Source of the DNA: Candidatus Poribacteria bacterium
Lineage (GTDB): Bacteria > Poribacteria > WGA-4E > PCPOR2b
Assembly: GCA_965215015.1 (NCBI GenBank)
Contig: OZ244042.1
Span: forward strand, 480,001 to 544,000
DNA: 64,000 nucleotides
Direction of reading: 5' to 3'
Under the pieces are notes generated by a model, which searched no databases, had not been told where the DNA came from, and worked only from the letters and a program-made list of their open reading frames with translations. Positions 51,097-60,977 of this stretch are shown here, piece by piece. The position numbers and the translations under genes were made by a program. Each line of letters begins with the position of its first letter. Position 1 is the stretch's first letter.

Positions 51097-51280
51097 GACT
51101 TACACACAAAGCCAATCCCCCTGCCCCCTTATCAGGGAGGTAATTCGGCGATTCAGCATCAAACAACACAACTGCCGACGCTCGATGAATCGGGCAACGA
51201 CAGTCAATCCATTGGTTTGCAGTTGGGCGATTTATCGCCCGTCTGAACGCGCTACTACAAACTGAAGTGCGTAAGTCGTA
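51094..51280. mobile_element. MITE family A copy A2
   Basis: TAGGACTTACACA ... TGCGTAAGTCGTA; the leading TAG is the stop codon of the upstream gene. Confidence 0.72.
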
Positions 51281-51352
51281 AGAAAATACGAAACATACGC
51301 AGAAATTGAGTTGTGGTCATTGAGAAGGTTAGGACTCAACTCAACATTGGGA

Positions 51353-51381
51353 TTGACACGCAGACTAAGATGGGTTAAAAT
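51353..51381 (+). promoter_or_regulatory. sigma70-type promoter, probably for dapA
   Basis: TTGACA-17 bp-TAAAAT. Confidence 0.7.
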
Positions 51382-51439
51382 AAGCCCCATCTAAACGCTG
51401 AGTTGTCTGAGGATCAACCCTGAAAAACCTGAGAGGTTA

Positions 51440-51743
51440 GTGACATACTCCCCCACCTTAAAGGGTGGGGATTCTTATCCGTCCTTTAAGGTGTTGCATT
51501 GCTCTATTAACGAAGTGAGCTCCGATTCTATCGGAGACTTACGACTTCTTCTGAGAGGGTGGATGCCCCCCTATAGATATTAACCGCGGCATTGCGGTCT
51601 CTATCCAAATGTGTATCGCAACTTGGACATTGCCACATTCTATCACGAAGGTTTAGGTATCATCTAACCAGAGCCGCTATCAACACGCTTTGCCAATCTA
51701 TATCCTCGCCTTAAAAGACGGGGCTTTAGATTGGAAAATTTCG
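51440..51743 (-). mobile_element. Non-autonomous IS200/IS605 derivative with both ends and tnpB 3' remnant
   Basis: Preceded by TTAC; left-end hairpin 51693-51734; DRMWQCPSCDTHLDRDRNAAVNI; right-end hairpin CCCCACCCTTTAAGGTGGGG ending TCAC. Confidence 0.8.
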
Positions 51744-51758
51744 GTAAGGAGGCAAAAA

Positions 51759-52637
51759 ATGTTTGAAGGATCCTTTGTCGCACTTGTGACACCATTCAAA
51801 GATGACGAATCTCTTGATGAAGTTAAACTCAAGGAGCTGATCGAATTTCAGATCGATGGGGGCACACACGGCATCGTTCCCTGTGGCACTACCGGTGAAT
51901 CTCCCTCCCTTTCAGAGGAGGAACATGACCGTGTGATAGAACTCACCGTTGAGACGGTCAACGGGCGCGTGCCAATCATCGCAGGGACTGGCTCCAATTC
52001 GACGACGCGAACGTTGCGAGCAACGGAGCACGCCAAAGCCGCCGGTGCCGATGCTGCGCTCATTGTGACACCGTACTATAACAAGCCGAATCAACAGGGA
52101 TTGTACGCGCATTACATGAAAATCGCCGACAGCGTTGACATCCCGATTGTCATCTACAACGTTCCCGGCCGTTGTGGGACGGACATTCTTTCGGAAACCG
52201 TCGCTCAACTTGCTGAACACCCGAATATCGTGGGACTCAAAGAGGCAACCGGTGAGCTTAAACGTTCCAGCGAATTGGTATCGATGTGTCCCGACGATTT
52301 TGTTGTGCTTTCGGGCGATGACATCAATACCCTGCCTATCCTCTCCGTCGGTGGAAAGGGTGTGATCTCGGTCGTTGCGAATGTGGCTCCCGCTGATATT
52401 GCTGCGACGTGCAATGCCTTCAAAGCGGGTGATATTGAGCTCGCTCGAAAACTCCACTACAAAACCATGCAGTTAGCGGTGGACCTCTTTATAGAGACCA
52501 ACCCCATCCCTGCGAAGGCAGCCCTCATGCTGATGGGGAAACTCAATGGCAGGCTGCGGTTGCCACTTGCACCACTCACACCCGCCAATCAAGAGACGCT
52601 GCGTCAAACATTGAAAGGCGTAGGGTTGATTGGCTAG
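51759..52637 (+). CDS. dapA: 4-hydroxy-tetrahydrodipicolinate synthase
   Basis: GSFVALVTPF, GTTGES, PYYNKP, YNVPGR, GLKEA, ETNPIP; ATG after AAGGAGG. Confidence 0.95.
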   Translation: MFEGSFVALVTPFKDDESLDEVKLKELIEFQIDGGTHGIVPCGTTGESPSLSEEEHDRVIELTVETVNGRVPIIAGTGSNSTTRTLRATEHAKAAGADAALIVTPYYNKPNQQGLYAHYMKIADSVDIPIVIYNVPGRCGTDILSETVAQLAEHPNIVGLKEATGELKRSSELVSMCPDDFVVLSGDDINTLPILSVGGKGVISVVANVAPADIAATCNAFKAGDIELARKLHYKTMQLAVDLFIETNPIPAKAALMLMGKLNGRLRLPLAPLTPANQETLRQTLKGVGLIG

Positions 52638-52661
52638 TAATGGGGCAACTTTGGTTTGATG

Positions 52662-52706
52662 GATAGCCAGTTGGTCGACTTTGGGGAAGTCAATCGACTG
52701 GCTATC
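52662..52706. terminator. Imperfect hairpin downstream of dapA
   Basis: GATAGCCAGT...ACTGGCTATC; no clear U-tract. Confidence 0.35.
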
Positions 52707-52734
52707 TAACGACTTGTCAATCGGAGGAGCAGCA

Positions 52735-53679
52735 ATGCAATATCGTGGTTTGGGAATGACAGGCTTGACCGTTTCCGAAATCGGCATGGGAACGTGGGAG
52801 CTCGGCGGACGAGAATGGGGCGATATAGACAAAGCAGTGGCAATCCGTTTGCTTCAGTATGCGTATGAACAGGGGGTCACTCTGTACGATACCGCTGATC
52901 AGTACGGCGGCGGTCGCTCCGAACGGCTGCTCGGACAGGCTTTCGCTAACATGCAAGACACAGTGGTTATCGCCACAAAGGTTGGCTATGAAATAGACTC
53001 CGATGGCTGGGTGAGTCAAGGGTGGGAACGACGACCGTCGTATAACGCTTCCCGTGACTATATTCGCACCGCTGTGGAGGGCAGTTTGCAGCGATTGGGA
53101 CGCGAAACGATAGACACCTACCAATTCCACGCGCCGCCGGCTCCTGAACAGTGGGACCAAGCCTTCGAGACAATGGAACAGCTCAAAACCGAGGGAAAAG
53201 TACGTTTTTATGGCGTGTGCCTCGGCAGTGAAGCGCAAGCGTTGAAAGCAATTGAGGAGACCGGTATCTCCACAATGATGCTAACCTACAACATCCTAAA
53301 TCAATCGATGGCTGAAACGGTTATGCCAGCAGCACAATCCAAAGGTGTAGGCATCATCGTCCGGCAACCCCTCGCATCGGGGCTGCTGTCTGGACAACTG
53401 ACGCTGGACACAAAGTTTAACGACAATGACTATCGCAGGACCTGGTCTCGTGAACAACTTCACAACGATTTGCAAAAAGTGGAGACTGTCAAAAAAATTG
53501 TCGGCGACGCAACCGAAACCCTGCCGCAAGCTGCCCTTAAATTTATCCTTGCCCATCCAGCTGTCAGCGCGGTTGTCCCCGGCATGATGACGACTGCACA
53601 GGTGGACGATGGCGTTGCTACGGCGAATCTCCCTGCGCTACCGCCGCATATTTTGCAGCGATTACAAAACGAATTCTGA
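52735..53679 (+). CDS. Aldo/keto reductase
   Basis: VSEIGMGTW, DTADQYG, IATKVG, SLQRL, PLASGLL. Confidence 0.92.
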   Translation: MQYRGLGMTGLTVSEIGMGTWELGGREWGDIDKAVAIRLLQYAYEQGVTLYDTADQYGGGRSERLLGQAFANMQDTVVIATKVGYEIDSDGWVSQGWERRPSYNASRDYIRTAVEGSLQRLGRETIDTYQFHAPPAPEQWDQAFETMEQLKTEGKVRFYGVCLGSEAQALKAIEETGISTMMLTYNILNQSMAETVMPAAQSKGVGIIVRQPLASGLLSGQLTLDTKFNDNDYRRTWSREQLHNDLQKVETVKKIVGDATETLPQAALKFILAHPAVSAVVPGMMTTAQVDDGVATANLPALPPHILQRLQNEF

Positions 53680-53699
53680 CAGCAAAAGGGAACCTGCCA

Positions 53700-54130
53700 A
53701 TGTTAAGAAATTTATGGGGAGTGAGCGTTAAAGTTCCAACTTAGAACGAGAACTGGACTTTCACAGACAGGTCGGAAACCGGATTGGCGACAGTTTTACC
53801 TTTAAGTTGGAAAGCGAATTTTTTCGCGTTGTATACGTTGTCACAGACGATAGGAGAGCACACCAATACCTCTTTCTCGCGGAGAGGCACCTCATTGAAC
53901 ATCAACTTGGCGAGTCCCTCCCATACGGAATAACGCACGCTCTCTACTACAGTGGGCATGGGGAATTGACGATATGAAGCAACAAGCCGCCGAAATTGTG
54001 GCTGCGGGCGGAACGCTCCTCAGGGGCCCCTTCCGCTTGGCACCGGACAAGAAGAACCCGGAGACGTTTGCGATGCTCTTTCGATCCCCCGGCGGCTATA
54101 TCTTTGAACTTTTCACTCTGGAAGAGCCTT
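53700..54130 (+). pseudogene. Degraded VOC/glyoxalase family gene
   Basis: Frameshifted pieces; IDDMKQQAAEIVAAGG...FRSPGGYIFELF. Confidence 0.55.
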
Positions 54131-54212
54131 CGATCGCATGGATTGGATTTATTGCCCAAGAGAAGATTAATTCTCATCCCTTTTACGTTTCGCGTTTTAT
54201 GCTTCACGCCTT

Positions 54213-55868
54213 ATGATCATGAATCGCCTGAAGTTTCAACGCAAGCTGATGATTTTTTTCGTGGGAATGGCACTGTTACCCACTGTTGTCCTCGTCCTCG
54301 TCTCCTACCACCTCATTAGTCAAAGCGTGGAACGTTGGGCAAACCACCAGATTGCGTTGATACTTGCGAATTCCGCGGTAATTATTGAAGGTGCCAGTAA
54401 AATCGCGCATACGCTTGAACTTCATGAAAACCTACCCTTGACAGATACTGCTGAACTTCTGGCGGTTGATGAGGACTTGGTAGCTGTATTGGAGGATTTT
54501 GACTCGAAAGCTGTCGAGATACGAGCAACTGAACTCGCGGACGCCTACGGCGGTTACCTCATGGCTGTTTACGACTGGGACGGGCATCTCGTCTTTAGCA
54601 CCAACCCGAATCATCCCCCCGAAACGCTTACCACCTTTTTAGGGCGGTTGGATGAGTTACCCGATGGTCCAACCATCTCACACAAATTGGCAGACCAGGG
54701 TTTCTTGATATGTGGGGTGCCAATCTTTTCAGAGGATGGGAGGAAACGTTTGGGAGCAATAGTGGTTGGAAAATCCATGCCGTTGACACCCGTCCAGATG
54801 CGAGCTCAGATGTCCGCCATCCAGAACAAACTCAGCCATCTAGAAACAGATATTAATGCGGAAGGAACCGCATATCGCCGAACAGAAAGACGTGTAACTG
54901 TTATTGCCCTGCTGATCACGGCGGCACTGATTGTCGTCGTTGCCTTTTTTGTCAGCAGGATTCTCGCAAAAGGAATTAACACGCCGATTCGGTCACTTGT
55001 CGCCGGCACAGAGCAAATTGCCAATGGGAACCTTGGCCATCAGGTGGCGGTGCAGACTGATGATGAGTTCGCCCTCTTAGCCGGTGCCTTCAACCGGATG
55101 GTCTCTGACCTGAAAGCACGTACTGAGGAATTAAGACGTGCTGAAAAAATTGCGGCGTGGCAGGATATTGCACAGAAATTGGCGCATGAGATTAAGAATC
55201 CGTTGACCCCGATTCAATTGTCGGCGCAGCGCCTGCAACGTCGTTACCGCAATAACCCTGACGATCTCTCCGAAGTTTTGGAACGCTGCACCCAAACCAT
55301 CATCACCGAAGTTGAGGGGTTGCGACGCTTACTCGATGAGTTTTCTGTGCTCGCCCAGATGCCCGCCCCGGAGCTCTCCCCCGTCAACCTGCGTCAGACG
55401 CTTGATGAAATGTTAGCCCTCTTCGATGAATTTCCTAACCATATTGATTGTCAAATTGACTTTCCCGCCAATCTCCCTGCTGTCAGCGCGGATGCAGCCC
55501 ATCTCAAGCGCGCATTCCTCAACCTTATCAATAATGCCCTTGAAGCAATGTTGGAGGAATCCGATTCCCCTTCTCCCATCGAGGCAGTGAAAAGAGAAAG
55601 GTGTTTGACAATTCGCGCTTATGAGGCTCCGGACCGATCCAAAGTCTTCGTGCAATTCACCGATACTGGACCGGGCGTCCCTCCCGATGTCCGACCAAAG
55701 CTGTTCACTCCGCATGTTTCCACCAAGAGGAACGGCATGGGACTCGGGTTGGCAATCGTTAAGAAAGTAATGACCGATCTCGGTGGAGATATCCACCTTG
55801 AAGACACTCAATCCGACCAGATTGGCGCAACTTTCACTCTGTGGCTGAGACCGATTGCGAAGGGTTGA
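54213..55868 (+). CDS. NtrY-like sensor histidine kinase
   Basis: 2 TM, HAMP, AWQDIAQKLAHEIKNPLTPIQL, DTGPG, GMGLGL. Confidence 0.9.
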   Translation: MIMNRLKFQRKLMIFFVGMALLPTVVLVLVSYHLISQSVERWANHQIALILANSAVIIEGASKIAHTLELHENLPLTDTAELLAVDEDLVAVLEDFDSKAVEIRATELADAYGGYLMAVYDWDGHLVFSTNPNHPPETLTTFLGRLDELPDGPTISHKLADQGFLICGVPIFSEDGRKRLGAIVVGKSMPLTPVQMRAQMSAIQNKLSHLETDINAEGTAYRRTERRVTVIALLITAALIVVVAFFVSRILAKGINTPIRSLVAGTEQIANGNLGHQVAVQTDDEFALLAGAFNRMVSDLKARTEELRRAEKIAAWQDIAQKLAHEIKNPLTPIQLSAQRLQRRYRNNPDDLSEVLERCTQTIITEVEGLRRLLDEFSVLAQMPAPELSPVNLRQTLDEMLALFDEFPNHIDCQIDFPANLPAVSADAAHLKRAFLNLINNALEAMLEESDSPSPIEAVKRERCLTIRAYEAPDRSKVFVQFTDTGPGVPPDVRPKLFTPHVSTKRNGMGLGLAIVKKVMTDLGGDIHLEDTQSDQIGATFTLWLRPIAKG

Positions 55869-55890
55869 ACTTACATAATGGAGGTAAAAA

Positions 55891-56928
55891 ATGTTTGATG
55901 AAGTGCTGAAAATTATAGAAGACTTGCAGTCAGATGAGAGCTTAAACTCGCTCCTTGAAACTGATGTAAACCAAAGTGTTGTTCTAAGAATATTAGACGC
56001 ATTAAATTGGAACACGTTTGATCGTCGTGAAGTGAGTTCTCGCTATTCTATAGAAAAGAGGTCAATAGAACTTACTTTATTAGCCGGCAACACACCGAAG
56101 ATATTCATTGAAGTGAAAAGAGCTGATGCACGGACGGAAAGCTACCAAGAGGAACTTCTGGATTACGCCCTTAGACAGGGTTTTAAAATCGCAATACTCA
56201 CCAATGGAATTGCATGGTGGTTTTACCTGCCTCTTTACGAGACAAGTTGGGAGGAGAGAAAATTCGCCACCGTGCAACTTAATAAACAGGACAAAGGGGA
56301 GATTGCCCAAAAATTGGTAGATTTTCTTAGCAAAGGAAATGTCACGTCTGGGCAAGCTGTCCAGAACGCAGAAGTTCTGTACAAGAAACATCTAATTCCG
56401 GCAACCTTGCCGGAGGCGTGGAATCAACTAGGGAATGAGCCAGACGATTTGCTCGTAGAGCTCCTTGCAGAAAAGACAAAGGAATTATGCGGACATAAAC
56501 CAGATAAGAACGAAGTCGAGCAATTTCTGTCAGCGCGTTTCCAAGATATAAAGATAATGCCTCCAGCAGCTCCTAAACCAAAACCTTCAGGTCGTATGAA
56601 AGGCATGAAACCCATGGCATTTACATTTAACGGAAGAAGATATCAGGTTAATGCGTGGAGCCGCATGTTAGTCAAATTATGTGAGATACTGCACACCACT
56701 CACAGTGATCGATTTGAGCAACAAGTATTAGAGATGAAAGGAAAAAGAGGCCGCCCTTACTTTTTGAGAAATCCTGATCCTGACGCTTCTGGACGGTATA
56801 CAATGATAAACGAAACAGGTATCTTTGTTAATACCTGCAAGAGTGCAGATCAGATGAGAAGAACCGCAGAGGACCTTATCGTCCACTTTGGATATAACAA
56901 AAACGACCTGTCATTTGAGATTCGGTAA
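55891..56928 (+). CDS. HsdR_N-like PD-(D/E)xK nuclease domain fused to a putative SeqA-like C-terminal domain
   Basis: IFIEVKR, QEELLDYA, ILTNGIAWWFY; C-terminal FTFNG..W..ML..LC...GKRGRPYF...IFVNT. Confidence 0.65.
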   Translation: MFDEVLKIIEDLQSDESLNSLLETDVNQSVVLRILDALNWNTFDRREVSSRYSIEKRSIELTLLAGNTPKIFIEVKRADARTESYQEELLDYALRQGFKIAILTNGIAWWFYLPLYETSWEERKFATVQLNKQDKGEIAQKLVDFLSKGNVTSGQAVQNAEVLYKKHLIPATLPEAWNQLGNEPDDLLVELLAEKTKELCGHKPDKNEVEQFLSARFQDIKIMPPAAPKPKPSGRMKGMKPMAFTFNGRRYQVNAWSRMLVKLCEILHTTHSDRFEQQVLEMKGKRGRPYFLRNPDPDASGRYTMINETGIFVNTCKSADQMRRTAEDLIVHFGYNKNDLSFEIR

Positions 56929-56965
56929 ACATTAATATGCAGGTGGTCTACTACTGTCCCTCGCC

Positions 56966-57064
56966 CTATCGAATGATATGCCCCCGGCTCTCTCCTAGCA
57001 ATGTTTCATCGGGCATCGTAATCGGCGTTTCGATGAAGGCGATGAACCGTCCATCCGCGGAGGT
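56966..57064 (-). pseudogene. Diverged duplicate of the last ~33 codons of 58974..60731
   Basis: SADGRFIAFIETPITMPDETLLGESRGHIIR* versus SRNGRFIALIETPITMSDETVRGRNRVHIIQ*. Confidence 0.85.
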
Positions 57065-57209
57065 AATCACTGACTTACAAGATCTCCTCAACGCGGAAAT
57101 CAATTGGGCACCGCCGCCCCTTTTCAATTTCGCAGGAGATAAAAAGGCCGCGAACAAGGTAGAAGTATGATAGGGATCAGCAACCGGGCTTGACAGAAAG
57201 GAAGAAAAA

Positions 57210-58586
57210 ATGGTTGATAAGCAGTATCTCCTGAATGATGATGCAATGCGGGACTTCATCATCAACGGATATGTGGTGGTGAGACCAGCACTCCCCCCCA
57301 GCTTCCACAAATCTGTTGTCCAGCAAACGTTAGCGGTGGTTGAAAAGGAGGGGAATCCGGGGAATAGTCTGCTTCCCAAAGTTCCTATGCTCCAGCAGGT
57401 GTTTGACGATCCGACAGTCCATGGCACCCTCATCAGTGTTCTGGGCGAAAACTACGTCATGAACCAGCACCGGGCGTGCCATTACCATCCACCGGGAAGT
57501 AAGGCGCAAGATTGGCATAAGGACTATCCGCTAGGTGGGAACGTGCGATACCACCGTACACGTTTGGCGATGGCTTTTTATTATCCACAGGATGTCACCG
57601 AGGATATGGGACCCACTGCGATTCAGCCTGCCACTCAATACTATATGACACCATCGGAGGATGCCCCCGGATTATCTCTTTGCGGCGAGGCGGGCACGGT
57701 GACAATCGTGCATTATGAACTTTGGCATCGAGCGACGGAGAACCAAAGCGACAAAATCCGGTTCATGCTGAAGTTTCTCTTTTGTCGTACAGAGGAACCG
57801 CAACAGCCCTCATGGAATGCGGAAAATCCAAGCTGGGAGTCTAATCAGACCTCTTCCGTTGAACATCAAGTGATATGGGAGCACCTTTGGAAATGGTATC
57901 ATGGGGAGCAAAATGGGGAGATGGATTCGACAGCAGTATCGCCTCCTAATGGCCTTTCAAAATTAATCTGGGCGTTGCAGGACGGACTAAATGATGAAGA
58001 TGAGGCGACCCGTCTCAATGCGGCGTATGCGCTGGGGGCCATTGGAGAACCCGCGATACCGACATTGATAAAAACACTACGACAAGAGTCGAAAGTTGCT
58101 TGGAATCAAAATCTGGACCGCGGAGACTTCACCAACCCGAGCCAACTTGATACCATCTATGGACTGGCTGCCATCGGTGAACCTGCTGTGCCAGCACTGA
58201 CTGAAGTGTTGAGCGATACAGATTGGTGGACGCGTGCAGCGGCTGGTGCTGCGTTGGGATGTATGGGTGAGCCTGCACACGGTGCCGTGCCCGCATTAAT
58301 CGAGGCTTTGAAGGATAATTCTGAGTGGGTTCGTCGAAATGCAGCGGATACGCTTGGGAATATTGGTCCGTCGGCTCGATCAGCTGTGCCGGCACTGGTT
58401 GAGGCATTGAGGGATAACAGACCGGTATCGCGCTGGTCTCTCTCGGATTCGCCATTGCGGGAAAATGCTATGATTGCATTAGCAAAGATGGACCAACTCC
58501 CTCAGACCACTATCCCTGTACTAAAAGAAGCGTTACGAGCTGAGAATGAGTACATTCGTTCATGGGCTGCCATCGCTTTGGAGTGA
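57210..58586 (+). CDS. PhyH family dioxygenase fused to HEAT/PBS-lyase repeats
   Basis: FIINGY, WHKD, LWHRA; C-terminal AVPALIEAL.D...VRRNAA..LG repeats. Confidence 0.85.
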   Translation: MVDKQYLLNDDAMRDFIINGYVVVRPALPPSFHKSVVQQTLAVVEKEGNPGNSLLPKVPMLQQVFDDPTVHGTLISVLGENYVMNQHRACHYHPPGSKAQDWHKDYPLGGNVRYHRTRLAMAFYYPQDVTEDMGPTAIQPATQYYMTPSEDAPGLSLCGEAGTVTIVHYELWHRATENQSDKIRFMLKFLFCRTEEPQQPSWNAENPSWESNQTSSVEHQVIWEHLWKWYHGEQNGEMDSTAVSPPNGLSKLIWALQDGLNDEDEATRLNAAYALGAIGEPAIPTLIKTLRQESKVAWNQNLDRGDFTNPSQLDTIYGLAAIGEPAVPALTEVLSDTDWWTRAAAGAALGCMGEPAHGAVPALIEALKDNSEWVRRNAADTLGNIGPSARSAVPALVEALRDNRPVSRWSLSDSPLRENAMIALAKMDQLPQTTIPVLKEALRAENEYIRSWAAIALE

Positions 58587-58973
58587 GGTTGCTAACCAGA
58601 CTGATGGCGTTCAACGATAACTTGGTTCATATTTTGAAGCAAATCAAAGAGGCTGGTGAGGTTATCGTTGAAGGATCGGTAAACCCTAAATTTTTACTTC
58701 TCAGTCCTTTTGATTTGTGTTTGTTAAAGCATTCTCCCATGGGGGTAAACTTTATGGAGATTGTTTCAGATCTTGTGGCTGTTGCTTCACGTATTCCCTC
58801 ATTCGGTTTCTGACGCTTTGGGGTGAGTGGAGGCTGTAGGGAAACAACGATTGTTGGTCCCTACTTTACCATGCCAGCAGAGCCAGGATTCACAATTATC
58901 TTGAAAGCATAATGTGACAAACAATTGAGCGCATCAATCGATAAATCAAGAATGATGCGAGAAGGTTGGTAAC

Positions 58974-60731
58974 CTATTGAATAATATGCACCCGATTCCT
59001 ACCTCGAACTGTTTCATCGGACATTGTGATCGGTGTTTCGATGAGGGCAATGAACCGTCCGTTCCGACTGATGCCGATGGTATCGTAGGGAAGTTGCCCC
59101 TCCGTACGATAGGTATAGAGATACTTAGAGAGAGCCCCCCCCTCTGCGGTGAGATCAAAGACAGAAACGCCGTGAAGCTGCTCCTCAACGTTTCCTCCCC
59201 GCTTGGATACACTGATAATGGCATACTGCCCTGTCCCATCAATCTGCAGTCCCTGCGGCATATTTTCCAACGTCCACTGCCACTTCTTCTCTCCTGACCA
59301 TGTGTAAGCGAATAGGGTCATCCCATTTGGGTGGACTGAGGTTGGTTGTTGCGCGCCTTGCTGCAAATGATATGGGATAAAAGTGTCGCCCGTAACAAAG
59401 AGCGCGAAGTCGTTGGTGGCACCGATTGTTCCATTGGTAGCGATGATCGGGATACCGCTGTCTTCGAGCGGTGTCGTGAGATTCGCTTTCCACAGCGGTT
59501 TGATTCCTTCTATATCCGGTGCCGTATTGAACATGAATGCTCGTCCGTCCTCCGTTGTGACATTGATGAACCTTCCCTCGGGCGAGGTGCCGACCCCACG
59601 CCAGAACGTCACCTCCTCGAAATATGGCTTGAGTGGATCGAAGGTATATCCCCACGTTGTTTCACCCGTCTCGCCATTAAGGGCGTACAAAGTGCCGGAT
59701 TTGAATTTTCCGGCCTCCTCGCCACTCCCTTTATAAGTGAGCAGTGCCACTATTTTGGCATCACGGCTATAATCAAACCAACTGATGGTCATCGGAAGGG
59801 GTTGATCGGGGGGCCATTTCCATTTGACAGTTCCCGTTTCTCCATCGAAACGGTAGAGTTGTGCTTTTTTTAAGCCTATGCTATCCTTGGTCCACGAGTG
59901 ATTTCCCACCACAAGCAGGTCCCCCCCATCCGTTGTCGAGATTCGATAAGGCCCCGGATACTGCACCCATGCGTACACATCGTCTGGATTCCGTGGAGTT
60001 GAGGTGTCGATATCATCCGCCATGCGGTATTTCCACAACAGTGTCGGCTTTGTCGTTGAAAGATCGTAAGCATAGATGAAGCCATCAGCTGATTGTTCAC
60101 CGGTGTAGAAACGCTTCCCATCCGGACTGAAGGCCGCGTGTTTGGCGTAACCTTCCGAGATGCGTGTCTTCCAGATTCGATCCCCTGTGAGCGGGTTGAT
60201 GATTGCCAGATGTCCGGCATCTGTTCCAATCGCGAGTTGTTCGCCATCGGAGGAAAAGGCAATCGTCGTCGGTGTCGCCGGACGTTGCAGGTTCGCCAGT
60301 AGCGACAACGGTTCCTCTAGTTCGACGGTACGGATACGATAAGGAAGAGGCTTAAGCGGCGCAGTGGTATTTATCTCAAATAGACTGCCATCAGTCCATC
60401 GGAGTGCGATGTGATAGCTCGTTTGAGGCCTCCAATCATACGTTGCAAGAGCGCGTTGATCGTCAATCCAAGAGGGGAAGATTTCTTCCGGAGGTTCGGA
60501 TGTCTCATGTATAACTAAACTAGATAAGGGGTGTAGTGGATCGGGTTGATTGGTCCTCTTGAGACGTTCTTCTAGTTCAATGACAATACCGCCCCGTGTA
60601 AAGATAACATCCCCCTTGAGGGTCTTTGCCACAGCCCCGATCGCATCGGGATTCAGAGCAACATGGGATAGAACGAAAACGTAAATCAGTAGACTAAGAA
60701 ATATACTCAATCGTAGATTTCGGATTTTCAT
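58974..60731 (-). CDS. Exported PQQ/WD40-like beta-propeller protein
   Basis: N-terminal hydrophobic signal; repeated FSPDG and (D/N)GETG..W blades. Confidence 0.75.
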   Translation of the reverse strand: MKIRNLRLSIFLSLLIYVFVLSHVALNPDAIGAVAKTLKGDVIFTRGGIVIELEERLKRTNQPDPLHPLSSLVIHETSEPPEEIFPSWIDDQRALATYDWRPQTSYHIALRWTDGSLFEINTTAPLKPLPYRIRTVELEEPLSLLANLQRPATPTTIAFSSDGEQLAIGTDAGHLAIINPLTGDRIWKTRISEGYAKHAAFSPDGKRFYTGEQSADGFIYAYDLSTTKPTLLWKYRMADDIDTSTPRNPDDVYAWVQYPGPYRISTTDGGDLLVVGNHSWTKDSIGLKKAQLYRFDGETGTVKWKWPPDQPLPMTISWFDYSRDAKIVALLTYKGSGEEAGKFKSGTLYALNGETGETTWGYTFDPLKPYFEEVTFWRGVGTSPEGRFINVTTEDGRAFMFNTAPDIEGIKPLWKANLTTPLEDSGIPIIATNGTIGATNDFALFVTGDTFIPYHLQQGAQQPTSVHPNGMTLFAYTWSGEKKWQWTLENMPQGLQIDGTGQYAIISVSKRGGNVEEQLHGVSVFDLTAEGGALSKYLYTYRTEGQLPYDTIGISRNGRFIALIETPITMSDETVRGRNRVHIIQ

Positions 60732-60977
60732 AAAATACCTCCATAAAGGTGCTAGAACTTAGGTACTTCAATTTTAAAAGTAAATAGGGACACAGGTTTC
60801 GCAAATAAAGATAGAAAGACTAAAGAGATCTGTATTGACCATGTTTGACAAATTGAGCTGATAACTATGGCGCAGCGTTGTTGGTATCTTCAAGGTTCAA
60901 AGCAATCTGCGTTTATCAACATTCATTTGAACTGTTAGATCCTAAATAGGATTGAGTAGATCCGGGAGATTTTGATA

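Noticed and set aside
10232-51280. CRISPR array
   Set aside because: The repeats are dispersed hairpins and TIRs, not regularly spaced direct repeats with spacers; no cas genes.
51690-51758. Longer dapA start at 51690
   Set aside because: It lies within the IS605 left end; the ATG at 51759 has a strong RBS.
56966-59075. DGR template/variable repeat pair
   Set aside because: Differences are not adenine-specific, many are synonymous, and no reverse transcriptase is present.
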